Below, piece after piece: positions 25,281-39,523 of a DNA stretch of 64,000 bases (position 1 is its first letter; each line of letters starts with the position of its first letter). The notes under the pieces were generated by a model. The model did no database searches and was not told the DNA's origin. It saw only the letters and a list, made by a program, of their open reading frames with translations. The position numbers were made by a program, and so were the translations under genes. The stretch lies in assembly GCF_006345805.1 (NCBI RefSeq), contig NC_043002.1:112716001-112780000 (forward strand). The letters are read 5' to 3'. Origin of the DNA: Octopus sinensis (lineage: Eukaryota).

Positions 25281-25540
25281 TATATATATTATCTATATAT
25301 ATATATATATGATATATACATGTATGTATGTATGTATTTGTTATTTGTGTCTGCGTTTGACACCCTCCCCCCATCTTGTCAACTGATATTGGTATGTTTA
25401 CGTCCCCCGTCTCTTAGCGGTTCAGCAAAAAGAGACCGATAGAATAAGTATTACAAAGAATTTGTCCTGTGGTCGATTTGTTCGACTAAATGTGGTGCTC
25501 CAGCATGGCCGCAGTCAAGTGACTGAAAAAAGTAAAAGAC
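24975..25540 (+). mobile_element. OK-like SINE split at its microsatellite by an insert (25143-25220)
   Basis: Head 24975-25140 and tail 25340-25540. Confidence 0.7.
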
Positions 25541-25597
25541 TATAATATATACATTATTTACATTTGACGGATATTTGTCCTCATCTTGTTTGTTGTC

Positions 25598-25643
25598 AAC
25601 ACAATGTTTCGGCTGATATACCTTCCAGCCTTCGTCAGGTGTC
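25598..25643 (-). ncRNA. Minimal hammerhead with mutated stem III, inside inverted repeat 25551-25762
   Basis: ACAC-CTGACGA-A-GGCTG...CAGCC-GAAACATT-GTGT; ACAT replaces palindromic ACGT. Confidence 0.6.
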
Positions 25644-25859
25644 TTGGGGAAATTTCGAAACTGGGTTCTCATTCCTCAGGTATTTTTTCGAAGGCTGGAG
25701 TGTATATCAGATGATATAAACAAACAAGATGTGGACAAATATCTGTCAAATGTAAATAATGTACATAATTCCTCATCTCTTTAATATAGAACTGTAATAG
25801 AATGCATAATTAAATCTCAGAATGAGATTGAAACAGTAATCGCTCGATAATGTAAAGTA

Positions 25860-26961
25860 TAGAAGCCATCCTGTTGTAAAACCCACCCTTCACAAAGCTG
25901 GAGCTTTTCTACAGTCCCTTAAATTATTGTTCAAAATATTTTGGTACATCTCTGCATCCATTCTACCATCTATCACATGTAAATTGCCATTACCATTTGC
26001 AGAGAAACACCCCCACACCATGATGTTGCCACCTCCACACTTTACGGTAGGAATTGCGTTTTTCGGTGAATAGGCGATACCATCTTTCCTCCAAACATGG
26101 CGACGCGAAATTCGTCCAAACAATTCAATTTTCGACACGTTTGTCCATAGAACGTTTCCCCAGAATGTAACAGATTTATCTTTATGTTCATAAACAAATT
26201 TTAAACGGGCATCTCTATGCCTTTTAGTCAACAGCGGAGTTTTTCTAGGAGAGCGTGATTTCAGTTCATTCGTATGAAGTTCATTGCTGATTGTTCGTAG
26301 TGTAACACTAGTCCCTGAAGCTAACAAATCTTCTTGCAACTCCTTTCTGGTGATCATTGCGTTTTTTTTTCGATTCTTCGCTTCATTTTTTTCTTAAAGA
26401 TCAAGGGGAAATCTTGCGTGGTGCACCGGATCTTATTCTATTTTGCACAGTTTCCGATTTTTTATATCTTTGAATAAATGAAGATATGGTAGAAAATGGA
26501 ATACAGAGGGTCTCTGATATTTTCCTGTAACTTTTACCTGCTTTCCACTGTTCAATAATTAAGTTTTTCACTGAATTTGTGAGTTCTTTACTTTTCGCCA
26601 TTATTACGATACTACTTTATGTTGTCTCAATGCTGAATGAAGAAGCTAGTGTTTTGACACTTAAAAATGACAACTGATAAGATTATTGGAACAAACGAGA
26701 AAGTTCTAGTAAAAAAAAAATTATTTTAACAGTATTTTGTGGCATAGAAAATCATAAATTTATTCTGTACGAATACTTTTTCCACCCCTAAATACTTATA
26801 ATTGTATATAAATTCATTAGTTACTATAATTTATTAGTTTCTTTTGCATATTCTTAATTTATGCATGTGTATGCAAATATTGTATTGGTATATCCCATTT
26901 ATGGTCATTAGAAATTAAATAAAGAATTTTGACGTGTACGAATATTTATTTCCCCCCACTG
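25860..26961 (-). mobile_element. Tc1-family transposon (IR/DR-type end), 3'-truncated, frameshifted transposase
   Basis: TA|CAGTGGGGGGAAATAAATATTCGTACA end with an inner repeat at ~26766-26788; [56 protein letters not shown]. Confidence 0.9.
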
Positions 26962-27147
26962 TATATATACCGAGCGCTATTCTTGTCGCCATCCCCAGTG
27001 TCAATCCCGTTTTTGTCACAGTCCAAATATTTTCTGCTCTAAATCTCTTGTTAGAAGATGTCTGGAAAGGTATCATCATCAGCCCATCAAATGTGCGGGA
27101 CACAGCTAGCAAATAGCCTGGTTGCAAAGTAAAAGATGTATATATAT

Positions 27148-27726
27148 ATCACTTTGATCACTTTGACCGACCAGTCCGTTAGGCGTCCATTTGACACCGC
27201 TGGTCACAGCACGCTGTCCACTCCTCTCTGGATCGCGCCTTGCTCATCCACGTGATCCCAATCGTCCTCTTGAAATCGTCACTCCGGGTGGTCTTTTCCG
27301 CTCACGCGGGTACCACTCGGCAGCTGCGTGCGTCCACCGATTATCGGTGAGCCGGGCGACGTGTCCAGCCCATCTATACTTGCTGCGAGTATACTCTGCG
27401 ATGACATCTCTCACGCCGGACTTCTTTCTGATGATGTTGCTATTTATGTGCTCTCTCAACGAGATACCAAGCATTGACCTTTCCATGGCTCTTGAGCCGT
27501 TATCAGTCTTTGCTCTTCTCTATTTGTGGTAGCCCATGTTTCACTACCATATAACATTGCAGGCAGAACTGCACTGTTAATGAGGTTGGTGCGGGTGGTC
27601 CTGTCCAACCTTCCCTTGAGCACATCCCTTATGCCATTGAACGCCTTCCATCCGGCCCTTACTCTCCGTGAAATCTCCTTTTTGATATCCCGGCACATAT
27701 TTACTTCCTGTCCCAGGTAGACATAT

Positions 27727-27732
<6 letters not shown>
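27148..27732 (-). mobile_element. 3' end of an RTE-clade LINE
   Basis: YVYLGQ, AVLPAMLYGSETW, KYRWAGHVAR, WYPRERKRP motifs; tail GGTCAAAGTGATCAAAGTGAT. Confidence 0.9.
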
Positions 27733-27798
<66 letters not shown>

Positions 27799-28261
27799 GA
27801 CCATTTGGCTCTAAATCTCTTGGATTAGGAAAAGTGTTGATACATACAACTACCCACATTGTCGTCAAGAACAGTTTTATTGACAGTAACGATGAAGACA
27901 CTTCGAAAGAAAATGTGACGAAAATGACGAAGAAATTATGATTCATTAATCTCCACTACTTCGCTACCTCGGCAGAAGAGTCACTGAAACTGCACTTTGA
28001 GTCAATTTTGACTCATAACCATCGAATAACATTTAGTAAGATTTGTTGGGCCATTAGTTTAGATTTTATCTTCGTCGTTCTTATGACTTTGAGAGTAACA
28101 AGGTTCAGTTTTACTTTTGAAAACTGGAGAAAGAAAACCCAACTTACAAAGTATGCAGAAAGTACTTGTCATCAGCGGACCTTGACGAAACGGATAAGCT
28201 TCTCGGTCCTTTCCTTACTTCGTCCTTTGTGCCATTCTATTTTGCGAAGAGCTATGGAGGT

Positions 28262-28672
28262 ACTCTTTACTCTCTTACTCTTTTACTTGTTTCAGTCATT
28301 TGACTACGGCCATGCTGGAGCACCGCCTTTAGTCGAGAAAATCGACACCGGGATTTATTCTTTGTAAGCCCAGTACTTATTCTATCGGTCTCTTTTGCCG
28401 AACCGCTAAGTGACGGGGACGTAAACATACCAGCATCGGTTGTCAAGCAATGCTAGGGGGACAACCACAGACACACAAACACACATACATATATATACAT
28501 ATATACGACGGGCTTCTTTCAGTTTCCGTCTACCAAATCCACTCACAAGGCATTATTGGTCGGCCCGGGGCTATAACAGAAGACACTTGCCCAAGATGCC
28601 ACGCAGTGGGACTGAACCCGGAACCATGTGGTTGGTTAGCAAGCTACTTACCACACAGCCACTCCTGCGCCT
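28262..28672 (-). mobile_element. OK-like SINE
   Basis: Family consensus. Confidence 0.9.
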
Positions 28673-29178
28673 AGTTAGGTATTACATACATTACTACCAT
28701 TGCTATGTTTCTGACTACAAAATTTGCTGCCAAAAATTCATCTCTTTGCTGGATGGTTCAATATTGCTGGCCAAAAAACATTACCTTGTTTCTTACAATT
28801 TCTATCAGCAACAATTACTGCAAACTCATAATCCAGTTCTTATATCACTTATTCTTTCATTTTATTACATCTTTATCGCATCCCTATTTCATTATTTATA
28901 TTTTTATTTTCGCTTATTTTATTTTATTCAATTATTTTCCATTTTCTATGGATTACTTTTTTAAAAAAACTGGTTAATGTTTTTAAAATTTTGGTTAATT
29001 TATATTGACTTTTCTAGCTACGTGCGGCAAGGGTGTAAACAAACGTCAAAAATCCAGACTAATTAACAACGTTATGTATGTTATATATAATCTCATTTCA
29101 CACTGTCATTAGCTGTAATGACACAGTTTCATTTGTATTTTAAATTCTGGTTGAAATAATGCTGATCTTTGTCTGCAG

Positions 29179-29244
29179 GAAACCTTTGGTAGCAGAGAAG
29201 TAACAGAATTTCTGTTAAACGAATTGTTTTTCCATCTTTCTTAT
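29179..29244 (+). CDS. Candidate internal exon (ETFGSREVTEFLLNELFFHLSY), gene unidentified
   Basis: CTTTGTCTGCAG acceptor, TAT|GTGAGT donor, 66 nt, single open frame, phase 0-0. Confidence 0.4.
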
Positions 29245-29332
29245 GTGAGTACTCACTCCAGTTCATTAGTAATGAGCGTACATGCGTGTGTGAGTGCGTG
29301 TGCGTGTTTGTGTGTGTGTGTGTGTGTGTGTG

Positions 29333-29368
<36 letters not shown>

Positions 29369-30170
29369 ATTGGAGACATCGGCGTATAAGAAATGTATAA
29401 GAAATGGAGTGATGAATTATCTAGATATAAGCATCTGTAGATAATTTCTCGGTCGCTTTGATAAACACGTATTTGTTATATTTTTTAATGTGTGGGTTAT
29501 GAGCGTAAAATCAAGCCGAAAATTCGTAGGTTCATCTAATTTTACCGGCCCTGTGTTATTTTGGTGTCTAAAATGCTTCCCTTTCTTATGGATGGATGTT
29601 TATATGTATATATATAACTGTGTATGTCTAAAAGCCTTGGGAATTGTTGTAAAGAGGATTGATGAGAACGAAGAATAAAAAGATCAGTGATAGCAACAAT
29701 AAGAATAATATTAACGAGAAGCTAGAGATAAACGTCTAAGACACAGCATTCGGTAAGAAAAGGGCCAGAGAAAATAGAATTTAGTCAAGTTTTTGCCCCG
29801 CTCCCGTTTTACAAGTGGACACAATGAACAAAGCTGGCAGGAATTTTCCCAATAATTAGATAACTGACCAAACGAAAGATAGCAATAAGGACAGACTATG
29901 AATAACAGTGAGGAATCATGTTCTGGCCAGCAATGACCAAGGGAAATCACACCATTTTTCTGTATTAACACAAGGCTTGGCTAGTTTCATTTACCTACCT
30001 ACCTACCTATCTACCTGTCTATACACAACTTATCAATGTGTCAGCAGCCATTGTTCGTCTGTCATTGGGTTTGCTTTATATATGTTTCTATCTGTCCATC
30101 ACTCGATCACTACTTTATTTTCGCCATCTCTATCTCTGTATATGCTTGAGTTTGTGCGCGTATACATATG

Positions 30171-30223
<53 letters not shown>

Positions 30224-30518
30224 ACACACTTGATCTATTTAGCAATCTAGCTTTGCAAATATTCATTACGTATATATGTATACATGCGCATGTGAGTAGT
30301 GCGCGCGCGTAGTGATTGTTTGTTCGTGTGTGTATGTGTGCGTGCGTGCGTGGAGATTTGGTGGGACAAGCAAGAGAAATAGATCTTAGTACATAAGTAT
30401 ATATACATTTTTTTAATCAAACTACCAAACTTTGGTAAGTGCCAAGCATAAAACTCCCGGCACTTGAGTCACTTTTCAACCAATTGATTTGTGACACACA
30501 CTCAGACACACATACGTG

Positions 30519-30611
<93 letters not shown>

Positions 30612-30614
<3 letters not shown>

Positions 30615-30953
30615 GGTAAATACCCGCTTGGTCACGAATGACCATGGGACTGCACCAAGAAAGTTCCCCTCCGAGGTACAAGTTTGGGCAAGGTTGTTTG
30701 TGGAAGACCAGGGTCGCCCATACATACCAGCCTCTCCGCTCCACGTTACCGATGCTATCCAAAGGAAAGGCAAAGGCCAATATAGCTTGGTGCTAGTGAC
30801 GTGGCAACTCATTTCTACGGCCGAGGGACTGCAGCCACGTGAATAAAGTGGCTTGCTCAAGAACACAAAACACAGTCCGACCGGGGAATAGAACTCACAA
30901 CCTCACGATTGTTTGTAAGTCCTACGCTCTAACCACTGTGCTACGTGCCTTCA
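30612..30953 (-). mobile_element. tRNA-headed SINE with CORE-like segment, inserted in (GATA)n
   Basis: TAGCACAGTGGTTAGAGCG A box, GAGTTCTATTCC B box, GTGTTCTTGAGCAAGCCACTT CORE-like motif. Confidence 0.75.
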
Positions 30954-30966
30954 CAGATAGATAGAC

Positions 30967-31079
<113 letters not shown>

Positions 31080-31523
31080 AACAGACAAGAAAAAGTATGT
31101 ACCTTCATAGAGATCAGCTCTTTGAAAATCAAAGAGAAAGGACATAACTATGTACAACAGTTTCGAAACCTCCAGCTTGTATATTCGGATTGTTAATTTA
31201 CATTTTTACCAATAACATTTGGAGCTCATTCTTTGTAAGTAAATACCTAACTGTCAGTCTGGCTAAGCTTGGAATTTCAGTAAAAGAAATTAAACAACAG
31301 ATTCACACATTACAAATGTAATCTGTAAGCGGAACCGTAAAGCTATGCAAGACTTTTCTGAGGTTTAAGATGTAATATTGTTTTCGCTATCTATATTCTA
31401 AAGATGGAGCTTTGTGTCTTTCTTAGAAACCATCTCCTTCGTCCGAGAAAGAACTTAACAGATTAAAAATAGGAGAGACATACATAGATGCATGCGTACA
31501 TGCATGTATATAAATATATTAAT

Positions 31524-31934
31524 AAGGAGTGGCTGTGTGGTAAGTAGCTTGTTTACCACCCACATGGTTCCGGGTTCAGTCCCACTGCGTGGCACCTTGG
31601 ACAAGTGTCTTCTACTATAGCCTCGGGCCGACCAAAGCCTTGTGAGTGGATTTGATAGACAGAAACTGAAAGAAGCCCGTCGTATATATGTATATGCATA
31701 TATATGCGTGTGTGTGTTTGTGTGTCTGTGTTTGTCCCCCTAGCATTGCTTGACAACCGATGCTGGTGTGTTTATGTCCCCGTTACTTAGCGGTTCGGCA
31801 AAAGAGAGCCGATAGAATAAGTACTGGGCTTACAAAGGAATAAGTCCCAGGGTCGAGTTGCTCGATTTAAAAAAGGCGGTGCTCCAGCATGGCCGCAGTC
31901 AAATGACTGAAACCAGTAAAAGAGTAAAGAGAGT
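31524..31934 (+). mobile_element. OK-like SINE
   Basis: Family consensus. Confidence 0.9.
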
Positions 31935-32158
31935 ATCAAAAACATAGTTTGAAATATCTTACTACCAGTGGTCTAGCGTGAAGGAAAAAACTTGTCAATA
32001 GACTATATATTATTCATATAAATACAGTGTACATATAAACACATAAGAGATGGCCATAATAGGACATCTAACCCGCTAGAAAGAGTTGTTAAACTCCAAA
32101 CCACTATTAGGGGTAATTTCGAAATGGAATTAAAAATAAAAACATCTACCATATATTT

Positions 32159-32191
32159 CCTGTACCAAGGTTTCAAGCTATCTTCAGCAAA
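32159..32191 (-). ncRNA. Minimal hammerhead motif; flanking 32040-32150 is homologous to 17030-17140
   Basis: TTTG-CTGAAGA-tagctt-GAAA-CC-tt-GGTA-CAGG; weak stems I and II. Confidence 0.55.
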
Positions 32192-32392
32192 TAAAATAAT
32201 TTGCTAGGCACTTCCAGATTTCCTTCCGAAAGAATTGGTCAACCCCCTCAAAATTATATTAGAAGGCTATTGCCTTGTGGAGATGTCGAATAGTTATATC
32301 GATCCGGAAACCATGTGGTTGCGAAGTAAATTCTTTAACCACATGGCATCATTAATTCACAAATTGCGTGTAGATCCCAAGGAAGCATAGTT

Positions 32393-32433
<41 letters not shown>

Positions 32434-32806
32434 GTGCACAAATAAACACACAAACTCAAACACACGCGCACGCACGCTCGTACACACGCACACACAAAGC
32501 ACACACATATACAAACAAAAGACAGAAAACACTTAAATATATGGTAATTATTATTATGAGCATGTCCCCAAGGAATGTTAACGTGTTTCTATGCAAAACG
32601 ACATCGATATTTTTTTTATATTCATTCATAGAAAGTCTCTGGTGTATTTTTCAAGTTTTCATGAAGCATTTAAATAAACGAGTTGGAATGAATGAACTGG
32701 AATACGCTCGTCTAATGGCGCTGTATGACGTAGGAAGTGTATATCTGTTGTATATGCAACTGCACTGCATATATGAATGGGCATTAGATATGCATATTTT
32801 AGTGTG

Positions 32807-33193
32807 TGGAAGCACTCCGTCGGTTACGACGACGAGGGTTCCGGTTGATCCGATCAACGGAACAGCCTGCTCGTGAAATTAACGTGTAAGTGGCTGAGCA
32901 CTCCACAGACACGTGTACCCTTAACGTAGTTCTCGGGGATATTCAGCGTGACACAGGGAGTGACAAGGCTGGTCCCTTTGAAATACAGGTACAACAGAAA
33001 CAGGAAGTAAGAGTGAGAGAAAGTTGTGGTGAAAGAGTACAGCAGGGATCACCACCATCCCCTGCCGGAGCCTCGTGGAGCTTCTTAGGTGTTTTCGTTC
33101 AATAAACACTCACTACGCCCGGTCTGGGAATCGAAACCGCGATCCTATGACCGCGAGTCCGCTGCCCTAACCACTGGGCCATTGCGCCTCCAC
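32807..33193 (-). mobile_element. OR1-like SINE
   Basis: Full length; TSD CATATTTTAGT. Confidence 0.92.
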
Positions 33194-33705
33194 CATATTT
33201 TAGTAAGAAACTGTAGTGGTCAACTTGATTGCATAATAGAAGTGTTGAATGGAAATACCTGAATAAATGTATAAAGCTGAATTGCTGGCAGGTGTGAACG
33301 GGTGCGGGTGGGGTGGGCGTATACGAAGGAAGGTATAGACACACGTTTTGCTTGTTGTATTATGCGGCTGTTAATTTTATTTAAGCACATTGGTATAAAT
33401 GCATGAGTGTATGACACCGTGTCTGGCTATCCAGTTTTATATGTATGTAGTTATATTCGTATGCATGCATATTTGTATGTATGTATATGAATGCATATAT
33501 TACGTAATCTGAAAATTAACTTTTACTCTCTCTCTATTCTCTCTCTCTCTCTCTCTCTCTCTGCCTATCTTTCCTTCTGTGGTGATATTAATAATTGTAT
33601 ACATATGAACAATCCTTTTAATATAGATGCAAATATAATAAATATATATTGGTATATGTGAATGTATGAATGTATGTATGTATATATATATATATATATT
33701 ATATA

Positions 33706-33753
<48 letters not shown>

Positions 33754-33853
33754 CATATATATATACATATATATATTAAATATATATATAGATATACATG
33801 TATGTATGCATATATGTATGTATGTATCTATGTTTGTATATATGTACGTATGT

Positions 33854-33886
<33 letters not shown>

Positions 33887-34109
33887 GAATGTATGCATGT
33901 ATGTACGTAAATAGCAGGTTAGATATGTAGAAAGAGAAATAAAACAAACATAGGTATATTACATATACATACATTTTGTACAAACACTTTCATATATATA
34001 TATATATATACGTGTGTGTGTGTGTGTGTATGCATGCCTAAATATATACATATATATAATATATATTAATGTTTATATGTGTGTGTACTTATATGTATAT
34101 GTATATATA

Positions 34110-34154
<45 letters not shown>

Positions 34155-34241
34155 TATATATATATATGTGTGTGTGGTGTGTGTGTGTGTGTGTTTATAT
34201 GTGTGTGTGTACATGTATATATGTATATATATATATATATA

Positions 34242-34283
<42 letters not shown>

Positions 34284-34656
34284 ATAATATAGATATATAT
34301 ATATATTATATATATATTATATATATAAACAGCGGTAGACGTGGGATGAAAAGTGAGTCTCGTTCAGAAATAGAACATGAAATCCATGTATTATTCATAA
34401 TCATAAAACTTTGGAGACAATGAAGTATGCGTAAAATAAACGAGTAAATAAATGTGTTCGTATGTGTACACATACCACAGGCGCATACACACACACATAT
34501 ATTTACACGCATACATATATACATGCTTAAGTATACACACATTCACACATATTCATACATATACAAAGGCATGCATACATCTGCCCATGTATATATATAC
34601 ATATATATATAATTATATAATATATGAGTGTGCGCATGTATTTGATAACGGTGTGT

Positions 34657-34699
<43 letters not shown>

Positions 34700-34769
34700 T
34701 GTGCGTGAATGAGACAAAACAACTATTTCTAGGCTTATTCTTGTTTTCTTATACTCGTATGTTTCACAC

Positions 34770-35152
34770 GTGGAGGCGCAATGACCCAGTGGTTAGGGCA
34801 GCGGACTCGCGGTCATACGATCGCGGTTTCGATTCCCAGACCGGGCGTTGTGAGTGTTTATTGAGCGAAAACACCTAAAGTTCCACGAGGCCCCGGCAGG
34901 GATGGTGGTGATCCCTGCTGTACTCTTTCACCACAACTTTCTCTCACTCTTACTTCCTGTTTCTGTTGTACCTGTATTTCAAAGGGCCGGCCTTGTCACT
35001 CTCTGTGTCACGCTGAATATCCCCGAGAACTACGTTAAGGGTACACGTGTCTGTGGAGTACTCAGCCACTTACACGTTAATTTCACGAGCAGGCTGTTCC
35101 TTTGATTCGGATCAACCGGAACCCTCGTCGTCGTAACCGACGGAGTGCTTCC
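34770..35152 (+). mobile_element. OR1-like SINE
   Basis: Full length; TSD ATGTTTCACAC. Confidence 0.92.
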
Positions 35153-35407
35153 ATGTTTCACACATCTCAGTGTATGAAATCATATTTTTACGTCTATGAA
35201 TTATTCACGTGTAAGACGGAGGCCGAAATATGATTGTTCCAACTGTTGCTGTCACTGTTGTAGTCGCATGTAATGCAGTTAATGTTACTGATGATGATGA
35301 TGTAGATATTGGTACTGTTAATGTTGTTTCGTTGTTGTAGTTTGACCCAAGGCAAATCTGATAAAGCAGATCTGTAATAAATATTCATTCTGACTTATTT
35401 TATTCAT

Positions 35408-35631
35408 TACTCTTTTCTCTTTTACTTGTTTCAGTCATTTACCTGCGGCCATGCTGGAGCACCGCCTTTAGTCGAGCAAATCGACCCCGGGACTTATTCT
35501 TTGTAAGTCCAGTACTTATTCTATCGGTCTCTTTTGCCGGACCGCTAAGTGACGGGGACGTATACACACCAGCATCGGTTGTCAAGCAATGCTGGGGGGA
35601 CAAACACAACAACAAACACACACACACACAT

Positions 35632-35726
<95 letters not shown>

Positions 35727-35916
35727 GTATATATATATATATATATACATATATACGACAGGCTTCTTTCAGTTTCCGTCTACCAAATCCACTCACAAGG
35801 CATCGGTCGGCCCGGGGCTATAGCAGAAGACACTTGCCCAAGATGCCACGCAGTGGGACTGAACCCGGAACCATGTGGTTGGTTAGCAAGCTACTTACCA
35901 CACAGCCACTCCTGCG
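35408..35916 (-). mobile_element. OK-like SINE with expanded internal (TA)n
   Basis: Family consensus. Confidence 0.9.
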
Positions 35917-36089
35917 CGCTCAGTTTAACTAACATCTTATCCAATGTTTGAATTTTTTAGGCGGCAGGATAGGATTTCCTGTCGATTTGGCTGTCATATC
36001 TAGCAAAACAAGGGTCTATGTAGAAGCTCTTGAGGTTAATATAGAAGGACCTATGTGATATATTATAGACATAAATATTATGGGAAGTT

Positions 36090-36262
36090 AAGGTGACGAG
36101 TTGGCGGAATCGCTGGCATGCCGGAGAAAATGGTAAGCGGCACTTTCAGCTGTCTGCATATTCTGATTTCAAATTCCGCCAGGGTCGACTTTGCCCTTCG
36201 TCTTTAGTGATCGATAAAATAAGTACCAACTGAGCACTAGGGGCGAAGTAATCGACTTACCA
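36090..36262 (+). mobile_element. Family C SINE, diverged
   Basis: TCAAATTCCGCCAGGGTCGACTTTGCC..GATAAAATAAGTACC. Confidence 0.7.
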
Positions 36263-36598
36263 ACATTATAATGCAATAGTTCATCCAACAGTTTCGCCTT
36301 TTGCAGCTCGTAAATGAAAACTAATATTACTGGAAGTTGGCCATCAAAATGAATTGAGAGAATTTGCTTCAAAGTTAGACCAGAAATCAGAAAATAATAA
36401 CAGAACAGTTTATTAAATATGATAAGGGGATCGATATAACTAATTCCAAATAATATATATGCAAGAAATATTTCATGCGTGCAGTTTAGTTACATGCATA
36501 GATATGCAATATATGCGAATCTAATATGCACTGTGTCACAGAATGATACAGTGCGTGTATACGTAGATCTTTTTGTGTATGCATGTACATATATATAT

Positions 36599-36640
<42 letters not shown>

Positions 36641-36668
36641 TATACCCTATGTTTTATATATATATATA

Positions 36669-37169
36669 CTAGCAGTATCGCCCGGCGTTGCTCGGGTTTG
36701 TAAGGGAAATAACTATATAAGCATTTTAGAGAGTTATAGCCAAAAATAGCAAAAAACATGCATTAAAAATGGAACAAAATTATGGTAAATTTTTTTTTTT
36801 TAATCGTTTGACTCATCGTAGACATTTTTAGAGAGTTACTTCCCTTATATAATAGCGAAAAATGCATTAAAATGGAAAAAAATGATGGTAAATTATTTTT
36901 TAAATCGTTGACTCATCGTAGACATTTTTAGAGAGTTACTTCCCTTATATAATAGCGAAAAAAATGCATTAAAAATGGGAAAAATTGATGGTAATTTTTT
37001 TTTTTAATCGTAGACTCATCGTAGACGCGCGCTAATACCCAGAAGGGCTCGATATGAATCACGACTATAAGATACCCGGTTTTGGTTAAGCTGCACCGCA
37101 AAATGTGGGAGTAGTTAGGAATCTAAATCGTAGGAGACAGACACACAACTTCTCTTTTATATATAAAGA
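36669..37169 (-). mobile_element. Non-autonomous Helitron
   Basis: Minus strand starts A|TC and ends with hairpin CCCGAGCAACGCCGGG then CTAG|T; internal ~105-bp tandem repeats; second copy at 63633. Confidence 0.8.
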
Positions 37170-37399
37170 TATATATATATATATATATATATAAACAAAT
37201 GCTTACTTTTACGTACACACTGATATAACCGGTATACGCCATCGAAATAGAACTAAATTAAAATAGCCATCTATACATCATACTTAATGTATACCCACTG
37301 TCGATAGGGCAATTACTGCACTTTTTTCTCATGAGATATCTCTTATGGACTTGCTGTGATCAAATACTAATACTAATGATATTATTATTAATAATAATG

Positions 37400-37471
<72 letters not shown>

Positions 37472-37812
37472 GAGAAGCGAGATTCCGTCGCAGCAACGGT
37501 GAGCGAGAGCACCAGATCCATTTCTGCTAATTGGGACCATTCCAATGGTTCGTACATCCACTGACATACAACCAGGATTTGTTGTTGTTGCGTTGTTTTA
37601 CCCCAGATTATCTTTGAAGACCTATGCTGAAAGATATTCCAGCCATGACCAACTCATTTTTTTAATGGCATCCCCAGGATTACACTACATGATAACTTTT
37701 ATTCTTATATGGCATATTTCGAATGTTCAAAAGCTGTGATTTGATGCAGATTTGGCTGTTATGTCAAATGGGTCGAGTGATCCAATGTCGGCTTTGCATG
37801 GGCATATCTATT

Positions 37813-38024
37813 ACTCTCTTTTCTTTTTTACTCTTTTACTTGTTTCAGTCATTTGACTGCGGCCATGCTGGAGCACCGCCTTTAGTCGACCCCGGGACTT
37901 ATTCTTTGTAAGCCCAGTACTTATTCTATCGGTCTCTTTTGCCGAACCGCTAAGTAACGGGGACGTAAACACACCAGCATCGGTTGTCAAGCAATGCTAG
38001 GGGAACAAAAACACAGACACACAA

Positions 38025-38055
<31 letters not shown>

Positions 38056-38219
38056 CGACAGGCTTCTTTCAGTTTCCGTCTACCAAATCCACTCACAAGG
38101 CATTGGTCGGCCCGGGGCTATAGCAGAAGACACTTGCCCAAGATGCCACGCAGTGGGACTGAACCCGAAACCATGTGGTTGGTTAGCAAGCTTCTAACAA
38201 CACAGCCACTCCTGCGCCT
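37813..38219 (-). mobile_element. OK-like SINE
   Basis: Family consensus. Confidence 0.9.
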
Positions 38220-38464
38220 ATTAAGTATTTGGTCACTCTTTGTTTATAGAACACTTCTGAGACACATTTTCATCAATACCAAAATAAATTCATGACTCTT
38301 TTTTTGACAATGGGAGAGACACGGAGCCCGTCGGTATGGTTTTTTTTTAGTTTTTAAATGGAATTTAACCATGCGCTTTATTTGTAACTTGTATATTTTT
38401 TTATATTTTGAGTTGTAGCGTTTGTTTTTGTTTGGTTTTATAAATCATTCTTCAACACTTATGA

Positions 38465-38655
38465 GATATGGGGTTTCAGCAGGATGGGGTTCCGCTACAT
38501 AATACGAAAGATGTGCGCAGTTTTGGAGGACAATACATTACCAAGAAAATAAATTGGACGTCAAAAACCGATTGAATGGCCCCAAAATCTCCGGATTTGA
38601 GTCCTTAATATTTTTTTCTTAAGGGGATATCTTAAATCAGTGGCTTATGCTAACA
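38465..38655 (+). mobile_element. Decayed Tc1/mariner-superfamily (DDxD-type) transposase fragment
   Basis: FQQDGVPLH...IEWP/KSPDLSP*YFFLRGYLKSVAY resembles WPPRSPDLxPxDFFLWGYLK. Confidence 0.65.
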
Positions 38656-38695
38656 ATGGCTTATGATAGACAGAAACTGAAAGAAGCCCGTCGTA

Positions 38696-38748
<53 letters not shown>

Positions 38749-38840
38749 TCATTATGCATTGTTATAAATCCGTCTAATAAAGGCCTGAAACATATGTACC
38801 GCTGAATCCTTGGCATCATGTTTTTATTTTGATTAAATTA

Positions 38841-38884
<44 letters not shown>

Positions 38885-39362
38885 GTGTATGTATATTTTG
38901 TGTGTCGGTGTTTTCCCCTCCCCCAACATCGCTTGACAACCAATGCTGGTGAGTTTACATCCCCGTAACTTAGCGGTTCGGCGAAAGAAACCGATAGAAT
39001 AAATACTAGGCTTACAAAGAATAAGTCGTGGGGTCGATTTTCTCGACTAAAAGGCGGTGCTCCAGCATGGCCACAGTCAAATGACTGAAACAAGTAATAG
39101 AGTAAAGACCAAGAACATTGCAAGTACTAAAAAGATAACATCACACATAATTGAAACCATAAGAGGGAATAAATCTATGCTGAGAAACGTGCAAAGATTA
39201 TGTTTGGAAGAAGGTAGGAATCAGCTTGAACACTTATTCTAAACCGTAAATTGTTATATAATAAACTCTCTATTGGTCCAAACTTTTGCACCATCCCGTA
39301 TATATATACGTTTAAATATTTGTTGTGCAAGATTTTTTATGTGAAGTCGTGTGTTGAAACAG

Positions 39363-39471
39363 ATATTGTGTATATTTCCGAATGGTCATTTTGCCAGTTT
39401 AGCCAAAATATATAGTGCGTGTGTTTTATTGGCTTAAACTGGCAAAATGACCATTCCGAAATATAACAATA
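39363..39471. repeat. Inverted repeat (~43-bp arms) abutting (TA)n
   Basis: GAATGGTCATTTTGCCAGTTTAGCCAA versus TTGGCTTAAACTGGCAAAATGACCATTC. Confidence 0.85.
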
Positions 39472-39523
39472 TAGTATATATCATATATATATATATATAT
39501 AGATATATATATATATATATACA

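Noticed and set aside
27800-28260. Decayed coding-like stretch
   Set aside because: Short open segments with stops and no recognisable family motif
38770-38802. Active hammerhead
   Set aside because: Core is decayed to CTAATAA and stem I is unpaired; counted only as a relic
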